From assembly GCA_963756885.1 (NCBI GenBank), contig CAVWPG010000002.1, positions 1,977 through 65,976 on the forward strand: a stretch of DNA of 64,000 nucleotides. Direction: 5' to 3'. Shown here piece by piece: positions 58,338 to 64,000 of this stretch. Under the pieces are notes generated by a model that worked only from the letters and a program-made list of their open reading frames with translations, was not told the origin of the DNA and made no database searches. This stretch comes from an uncultured Bacteroidales bacterium (GTDB lineage Bacteria > Bacteroidota > Bacteroidia > Bacteroidales > VadinHA17). Made by a program: the position numbers and the translations under genes. Position 1 is the stretch's first letter; each line of letters opens with the position of its first letter.

Positions 58338-59600
58338 ATGAAAGTACAAAATTGTAAGCACAATACTGCATTTGGAGGGATAAATTTTGTTTTTGAGTAC
58401 CTTGAAGAAGGTAACTTCATAGTTTATTCGAAGTATTTTCCTGGATTAGAAATCAGAGCGCGTACAGCTGGAAAGATATAATATGCTCATATTAAGCATT
58501 ATTTGTGCGGGGTGATTGCATTGAAGATTTACAGATACATCTGAAGGAGACATTTTCAGGAATCCATTTATTAATATGCCAAGTTCTGACACAGTTTTAA
58601 AAAGGCTTAAGGAGTTATCTGCAGACAGCAATCTATGCTTTGCAAAGAGAGGAACTGTGAGCATATCTACAACAGGAACTCACATATTAGAGAAACTTAA
58701 TTTGCAGTTACTTGAGAAACTTGGAGCTTTTTTTAAAGATGAGATTACGATTGATTATGATAATACTATTCTATTCACTGAGAAAAGTGACAGTAAAATG
58801 ACTTATAAAGAAATCCTGGATATCAGCTAGCTGTATGCACTCATTAACGGAGACAGCTTTTTTATATTGAAAACAGAAATGAGAACAGTGACGCAAATCC
58901 TTTCAGGCAGATACTTAGAGCGCTTATTTACTTACTAAGTAAAAGGTACATAAAAAAGCTGATCATTTAGAGCAGACCTGCTTCTTATCAATTTGATGTT
59001 ATGAAGCTTCTGGATCAGAAGGTAAGAACTTTTACATTGGATGCACGAATAGTTATATAGAAAAATATTTTGCGCAGATTCATAATTGAGTGTTCATTAT
59101 TATACCTGTAATGAGACAATGGAAGTCGCTGAGATCAACATTCCTTTCAACAACAAGCAAGATGATAATAGAAAACCTCTAAGGAATATAGATTGATAGT
59201 GAAAAGAAAACTGACAGAAGACGACCAACTAAATCTGTTTACCAAGATGTTCGAATACAGGGCTATACTTACAAGTAACACAGAGTGGAGTACTGTTGAA
59301 ATAGCTCAATTTTATAACCATCGTGGAAACATGGAAAAGCAGTTTGATATACTTAAAAATGATTTTGGCTGGAATTACATGCTTTTCTCAAAACTGCACA
59401 GAACACCGTATTTTATATATACAGCATTTGCAGAAATCTATATCACGATATTATCAGATACTTCTCAGAAACACCAAGCACTAAAACCTACATCCAGGTT
59501 AAAAAGTTCCTATTCCTGTTTATCATTCTGCCTGCAAAATGGATAAGAAGGTCAGACAAAGCTATCTGAGAATATATGGTGAATACTTCTCAACTAGATC
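58338..59600 (+). mobile_element. IS1380-family transposase remnant (multiple frameshifts and stops), AT-rich
   Basis: Fragments in three frames: MKVQNCKHNTAFGGINFVFEYLEE, GGDCIEDL, MPSSDTVLKRLKELS, ENRNENSD, SRPASYQFDV, RLIVKRKL..EYRAILTSN..AQFYNHRGNMEKQFDILKNDFGW, and PAKWIRR. The order and motifs match my memory of IS1380-type DDE transposases. I could not identify terminal inverted repeats. Confidence 0.7.
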
Positions 59601-60030
59601 ATATAGACACCAATTTAGCTCAATGCTCTACGCTCTACGTTGCCAGCGGTATGGGTAACATATGTCCCGAAACTAAAATAACTAACGAGAATCCTAACTG
59701 TTATCTCGAATTTGATATAAAAAATCTCAGATAACTATTGAAGCTCTACCTCATATCTATAGCCTCGACTCTTTAAGCGCTCTACGCTCGTTGATCGAAG
59801 CACCCAACACCCAGCATCATAGTACCCAGCACCAAGCACCCTGAAGGGGGCATTAAACCAGTGCAGATCTGTTGAATCTGCGTCATCTGCGTGCCATTTT
59901 TAATAGCCTCTGCTCTCCGCTCTACGCTCTACGCTCGACTCACATCTCACATCTCACATCTCACCACTCATCACTCCTCACTGCTCTGTGTCCCTCTGTG
60001 TCAGTTCTTCCCTTCCTTTGCAATCAGAGG
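59600..60030. repeat. mosaic repeat block R12
   Basis: GCTCTACGCTCTACG, heptads CACCCAA.. (59801-59843), a forward copy of the CAGATCTG 35-mer (59860-59895), a heptad-phased tract at 59908-59980 (CTCTACG, CTCACAT x3...), and CTCTGTGTCAGTTCTTC. Confidence 0.85.
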
Positions 60031-60034
60031 ATTT

Positions 60035-60832
60035 CTATCTCCTTTTCACCTTGCCAAGCAGCAGATCCGTCAGGTTCTCCGCCGCCTTCCTGTTATCAAA
60101 GCCCTCCGGCAGCCGGTCGTGATCGATATACTCGTTATAGATCCACGGATCGCCTATTGCAAAAACATAGCCCTTGCCGACATTGTTCTCAGCAATCAGA
60201 ACCTTGCCATTCTCCGTAAGGATCGATCTGGCGGTGCCGGAGAGATTTAAATCGGACACCTCCTTTATATATATTTTCCTGACATCCCTGAAGAGCGGAT
60301 GATCAGGAAGGTTTTTGGATGCTCCCATTTCAAAGTCATCGCCCGGGACAGGATGGATCGTTACATGGTTGAAAGTCATCCCGAACTGTGATGCCAGCTG
60401 GTTGAGATGGGTGAACTCGCAGTTGGGGGCATCGTTGGCGAGTATAGCCAGAACACCCCCTTTTCTGACCCACTCTGTTATGGCTTTAATGTCGTCAGGC
60501 ATTATGTAGTTGGGTGACGGATTTTCGCTTGTTGTATCAGGATCGACAATTATATAGATATCCACTCCCGAGAGGGTTTTGGCATCGGGCTTTCCGAGGG
60601 TAGCGAGCTTTGCTCCCCTTGCTGTAAATGAATCTCCCCAGCGGGAGTAGCCGCTGAATTCGGTGTCTGTCCAGAGATAATGGAACGGCTTGCCGGTAGC
60701 TTTATTTGTCTCGTGATTGAACCAGTTGTCGAGTCCCACGACCGGCTGTGACTGAGCACAGCCTGAGGCAATGAGAGTTAATGTGAATGCTATCGGAAGA
60801 AATGTATTCAGAAAGATGCCTTGCTTTTGCAT
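60035..60832 (-). CDS. lipoprotein of unknown function (possibly DUF4350 / ThuA-like, class I glutamine-amidotransferase-like fold)
   Basis: 265 aa with signal plus lipobox TLIASGC. The fold guess is weak, resting on the pattern DIYIIVDPD..VRKGGVLAILAND..GKGYVFAIGDPW. Confidence 0.6.
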   Translation of the reverse strand: MQKQGIFLNTFLPIAFTLTLIASGCAQSQPVVGLDNWFNHETNKATGKPFHYLWTDTEFSGYSRWGDSFTARGAKLATLGKPDAKTLSGVDIYIIVDPDTTSENPSPNYIMPDDIKAITEWVRKGGVLAILANDAPNCEFTHLNQLASQFGMTFNHVTIHPVPGDDFEMGASKNLPDHPLFRDVRKIYIKEVSDLNLSGTARSILTENGKVLIAENNVGKGYVFAIGDPWIYNEYIDHDRLPEGFDNRKAAENLTDLLLGKVKRR

Positions 60833-60902
60833 GATCGTTTCATTTAATGTTATTCAAAAATATAAAACATTAGCGATGTAACGACAAGACTCCTGAATAT
60901 GT

Positions 60903-61325
60903 TTAATAAACAAGTTTGACCTCGATATCAGCTATGACCTCATCCTCAACGTCCCATACAGCTTCCCAGATCCCTTCCGATTTTTCTGAGATCAGGGCAC
61001 CTGCGGTGTATTCGGTATGGATAAGTGTCTTTCGGTAGAGCATGGGCTGCTCCACCTCATGAGCCAGCGAGCCGTCGGGGGCATAGAGTCTGAACCGCAG
61101 ACTGGTTCCCAGCATCAGGTCGCTTACGAAGCCGACGAACATAACACTCTCCGGGGCATGAAATGTATTTTTTATATTCTTAAATTCGTTATAGTCGTAG
61201 ATCCCATCCTTGTTGTAGTCGACCCACGCGTTGCAGGCAAAAAACTTAATCGGACGGTGTGATGGCTTTTTATTTGCGACGCTGCATGAGGACATCAGCA
61301 ACAATATGATCAGAAGCTTTTTCAC
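60903..61325 (-). CDS. small lipoprotein, unknown function
   Basis: 140 aa with signal plus lipobox LLMSSC. I recognise no motif. Confidence 0.55.
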   Translation of the reverse strand: MKKLLIILLLMSSCSVANKKPSHRPIKFFACNAWVDYNKDGIYDYNEFKNIKNTFHAPESVMFVGFVSDLMLGTSLRFRLYAPDGSLAHEVEQPMLYRKTLIHTEYTAGALISEKSEGIWEAVWDVEDEVIADIEVKLVY

Positions 61326-61329
61326 CGGA

Positions 61330-62175
61330 TATTTTTACACTGAGATAAATTAATCCTTCAACGCCGGAAGGGGATAAATGTTCAGGCTTTGCCGTGGGAA
61401 GCTTTCGGTGGCGACTGGTGCTGCAGAGAAGGGACCCCCTGCCTCCTGTTTTTTGCCCCCTCCCGATAGCTATCGGGACCCCTAAAGGGGGCATAAAACC
61501 AGTGCAGATCTGTTGAATCTGTGTCATCTGCGTGCCAAATTTCTTCCATAGTGCACCAAGCTATCAATTATTGAAGTCAGACAAGGATGCTAATGTTTGG
61601 GGCTGCTGAAAAAGTCTTTAACCGCCAAGTGCGCAAAGGTTTACGCAAAGTGCACAAAGACAAAACTTTGTTATTTAGATCTTTGCGTCCCGATAGCTAT
61701 CGTGATCTGCATAATCTCTTTGCGACCTTGGAGCCTGCCCCGATCGAAGTATCGGGGGTTAATGGATTTCGACTTTTTCTACATCCCCCATTAAATCAGT
61801 GCTGATCTGTTGAATCTGTGTCATCTGCGTGCTATTATTCTTAGCCCTTTATACCAATTCATACTTAAATAAAGTTAAGCCTGCATGCTAAAGTTTCCCC
61901 ACCTTCAAAAGGAGTGGAGAGTTCACGCGATTACTCACTGATGAAACCCGGCTTGGAGGTTCCTGACAGATTGCATTAAACAGAGATAAAAGTTCAGGCT
62001 TTGCCATGGGAAGCTTTCGTTGACTATTGGTGCTGCAGAGAAGGGACCCCCTGCCTCCTGTTTTTTGCCCCCTCCCGATAGCTATCGGGACCCCTAAAGG
62101 GGGCATAAAATCAGTGCTGATCTGTTGAATCTGTGTCATCTGCGTGCTATCATTCTTAGCCCTGAGCTATGCCGC
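61330..62175. repeat. mosaic repeat block R13 (largest), including two 165-bp direct repeats
   Basis: 61381-61545 and 61993-62157 are about 96% identical. Between them, 61596-61850 is an inverted, collinear relative of R1. Palindromes at 61461-61478, 61688-61705, 61737-61756 and 62073-62090. Confidence 0.9.
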
Positions 62176-62177
62176 AG

Positions 62178-62732
62178 TTACCTCCTCTTCTTGATCCCCC
62201 GCTTCGCAGGTTTGAAGGTCAGGCCGAGCCTTACATTGACGAATGAATCGGTCGACTGTCCCGACCGCAGCAGCAGGCATGCTCCCAGGTTGATTCCGAC
62301 TTTCTGTCCAAGAGCGTACATCACTCCGATGCCCGGGTTAATGAAAAGGTTTGCAGAGGATTTCGAGTCGAAGAGCACTCCTGCCTCCATGATGCTGTAG
62401 GGGGTGAACGGACGTATTATGAAATTATAATGGAGATGAAGGTAAACCGGAATAATTGTCCCGCCAGGATAGAACCAGGCCCCCGCTCCGCCGCCTGCCA
62501 TCACATTCTTGTCAAACTGATAGCCATGAACTGTAGTGAAGCCATAGAATGATTTAAATCCGACAAGGCCCGGGTGGTGTGTATTGAAGCCGCCGTCAAA
62601 CTCGGTTATCGTGATATAGCCCGGAGTATAATCGAGGGCTGAATATGGTTTATTCGGCTCCGCCAGGAACTGGGCCCTGACGGTGGTCATGGCCGCCATA
62701 AGGAAAAAAATTATCGGGAATATTCGCTTCAT
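62178..62732 (-). CDS. small outer-membrane beta-barrel-like protein (OmpW/porin-type), unknown function
   Basis: The ORF track gives 62178-62801; the internal start MKRIFPIIFFLMAAMTTVRAQ (signal peptide) at 62732 is more plausible. Alternating aromatic/Gly beta-strand pattern, with LGLTF near the C-terminus. Confidence 0.55.
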   Translation of the reverse strand: MKRIFPIIFFLMAAMTTVRAQFLAEPNKPYSALDYTPGYITITEFDGGFNTHHPGLVGFKSFYGFTTVHGYQFDKNVMAGGGAGAWFYPGGTIIPVYLHLHYNFIIRPFTPYSIMEAGVLFDSKSSANLFINPGIGVMYALGQKVGINLGACLLLRSGQSTDSFVNVRLGLTFKPAKRGIKKRR

Positions 62733-62759
62733 GTTCAGGTTAATTCGGATCTCTGTTTT

Positions 62760-63115
62760 TTCTTGGTGCTTGATGCCTGATGCTCGGTGCGGCCGACTCA
62801 CATCTCACAATTGTTTTTAACCACGGAGTACACGGAGTTTTTCACGGAGTTACACTGTTTGGTCTCAACATCAACCCCCTGACGCTCCGATCAGGGTCTC
62901 GCTTCGCCCGACTCACGACTCATATCTCATATCTCATACCTCTGCGCCTCTGCGCCCAGCCTCCGCAAAAGCTTCAGCTGGCAAAGCCTGCGCCCTGCGC
63001 CCAGCCTCCGCAAAAGCTTCGGCTGGCAAAGCCTGTGCTCTCCGCTCTACGCTTTTACTACTCATGACTCTTCACTCACCACTCACTACTATGCTCTCTG
63101 TGTCAGTTCTTCAAC
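62760..63115. repeat. mosaic repeat block R14
   Basis: TAACCACGGAGTACACGGAGTTTTTCACGGAGTTACACTG (62818-62857), hairpin CCCTGACGCTCCGATCAGGG, heptads (GACTCAC, ATCTCAT...), a 45-bp tandem x2 (62952-63041), and CTCTGTGTCAGTTCTTC. Confidence 0.9.
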
Positions 63116-63284
63116 TCCTCCCCAGCTCTCTTCCATTCGGCAAATCTACCCATAAAAAGAATAAAGCCATGCTCGCACATGGCTTTTTGTTTACGATCGG
63201 GGTAATTTTTGATTTTAATTATACCCTTCTGGGAGGCATCAATTATTTGCTGCAAAATTATTTTTCAGGTTTAAAAATTTAGTT

Positions 63285-63689
63285 TCAGGCCTCGTAGTTA
63301 AGCTCGAGATGATGTTTTTTCCACTTGTAATAGTAGGGAGATATATTCTTCTTTATTCTCGGTGTACGGAAGATTGTCTTATACAATTTTTCGTACAGAA
63401 TAAGATAGATGAGTGCCGCAAGGGATCCCAGTACGAAATACACAGCCGAAAATGCAAAGAGTGCAATTACCTTGATTACAAACCCCAGGGAATTGAATAC
63501 AGAAAAGATTGCTGCGGGCAGCTGTCTTTCGGCTGCAGTGTCGATTCTCAGGGAATCAAAACCCCTTTTGTCAGTCATGGCAGGCATGCTCACAACTGCA
63601 GGGGTGCAGACAGGTTTTTCTGTGCGGGACTTTGAGCCGTAAAAATCCGGCCTGTCAAATCCACCCTTCAGAGCTATATTATTTCCCAT
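63285..63689 (-). CDS. hypothetical membrane protein (two predicted TM helices)
   Basis: 134-aa ORF with hydrophobic stretches LPAAIFSVFNSLGFVIKVIALFAF and VYFVLGSLAALIYLILY. I recognise no motif. Confidence 0.4.
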   Translation of the reverse strand: MGNNIALKGGFDRPDFYGSKSRTEKPVCTPAVVSMPAMTDKRGFDSLRIDTAAERQLPAAIFSVFNSLGFVIKVIALFAFSAVYFVLGSLAALIYLILYEKLYKTIFRTPRIKKNISPYYYKWKKHHLELNYEA

Positions 63690-64000
63690 TGCTTCGCGTT
63701 TTAAATTACATGTTAAAAGTAATGCGAAAGCAGGCTCCGGTCAAGCCCCGTATGCCCGGCGGTGGCAATCCGGGCACGATTTTAAGGGCTGTATATCAAC
63801 TTAATGGGGAAGATCATTACCCGGCAGGGATAATTGATGAACAAAATGAGGATGCTCGTCAAAAACCGGCGGAAATTTATAGGCAACGGAGAAAAAAACG
63901 GAGGGATGAATCCTGAAAGTATTATATAGTCCTGATTTAGTGATAAATAGGCCGACAAACACGATCCCTTGAGTAATAAAATCCATTTTGACAAACGGAA

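Noticed and set aside
61270-62139. Two 83-85-aa minus-strand ORFs sharing the N-terminus MTQIQQI.T.FMPPLGVPIAIGRGQKTGGRGSLLCST
   Set aside because: The shared part is simply the 165-bp DNA repeat. The same modules occur in both orientations and in different frames elsewhere (33566-33835, 59872-60250, 62125-62400), so conservation is at the DNA level. I treat them as repeat-derived junk ORFs unless protein-level evidence appears.
63509-63994. ORFs at the right end (63509-63916 plus strand; 63782-63994 and 63801-63986 minus strand)
   Set aside because: They overlap each other and the 63285-63689 ORF, and I recognise no motifs. There is not enough evidence to call any of them.
1-64000. tRNA, rRNA, tmRNA, RNase P or SRP RNA genes
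   Set aside because: I scanned the intergenic regions by eye for T-loop (GGTTCGAATCC-like) and other conserved cores and found none. This needs tRNAscan-SE or Infernal for certainty.

Overview
64-kb window that looks like a Bacteroidota (Bacteroidia-type) chromosome. The evidence is TAnnTTTG -7 promoter boxes, no Shine-Dalgarno sequences, many lipoprotein, Sec and Tat signals, and rich glycoside-hydrolase (GH) content. GC is roughly 50% by eye.

Layout:
- 1-13.5 kb: eight co-directional minus-strand genes for glycan breakdown. They comprise a GH51-like gene (partial), a ceramidase-like hydrolase, a very large GH106-like enzyme, three amidohydrolase-fold proteins (one frameshifted), an exported xylose-isomerase-like TIM barrel, and an atypical GH2-like protein.
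- 14.3-41.5 kb: a 27-kb plus-strand amino-acid biosynthesis super-cluster with four units: ilvD-ilvB-ilvN-ilvC-leuA-leuC-leuD-cimA-leuB; hisG-D-C-B-H-A-F-IE; pheA-aminotransferase-tyrA-DAHP synthase/chorismate mutase-aroA; and a stand-alone trpB2. Each unit is preceded by a -7 box, a short leader ORF rich in the cognate codons (Ile/Leu/Val, His, Phe/Tyr, Trp), and an intrinsic terminator. This is the layout of classical leader-peptide attenuation.
- 41.6-48.5 kb: NIPSNAP protein, PmoA-like/DUF6807 protein, APC permease, DUF5009 acyltransferase, PhyH dioxygenase, DctA-type symporter.
- 48.5-58 kb: a GH2, three paralogous uroporphyrinogen-decarboxylase-family (URO-D, non-HemE) genes, and a GH38.
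- 58.3-59.6 kb: an AT-rich, multiply frameshifted IS1380-family transposase remnant.
- 60-64 kb: small exported or membrane proteins of unknown function.

The most unusual non-coding signal is a modular, mosaic intergenic repeat family. It combines palindromic hairpins such as TCCCGATAGCTATCGGGA, conserved 35-40-mers, CACGGAG and CTCTGTG word repeats, and heptad-phased microsatellites. It fills at least 13 intergenic sites (about 3-4 kb in total), including gaps inside the ilv-leu and aromatic operons (a weaker match lies in the hisF-hisIE gap).

Two genes (an amidohydrolase and aroA) carry single-base frameshifts at homopolymers. I saw no rRNA, tRNA or CRISPR array.
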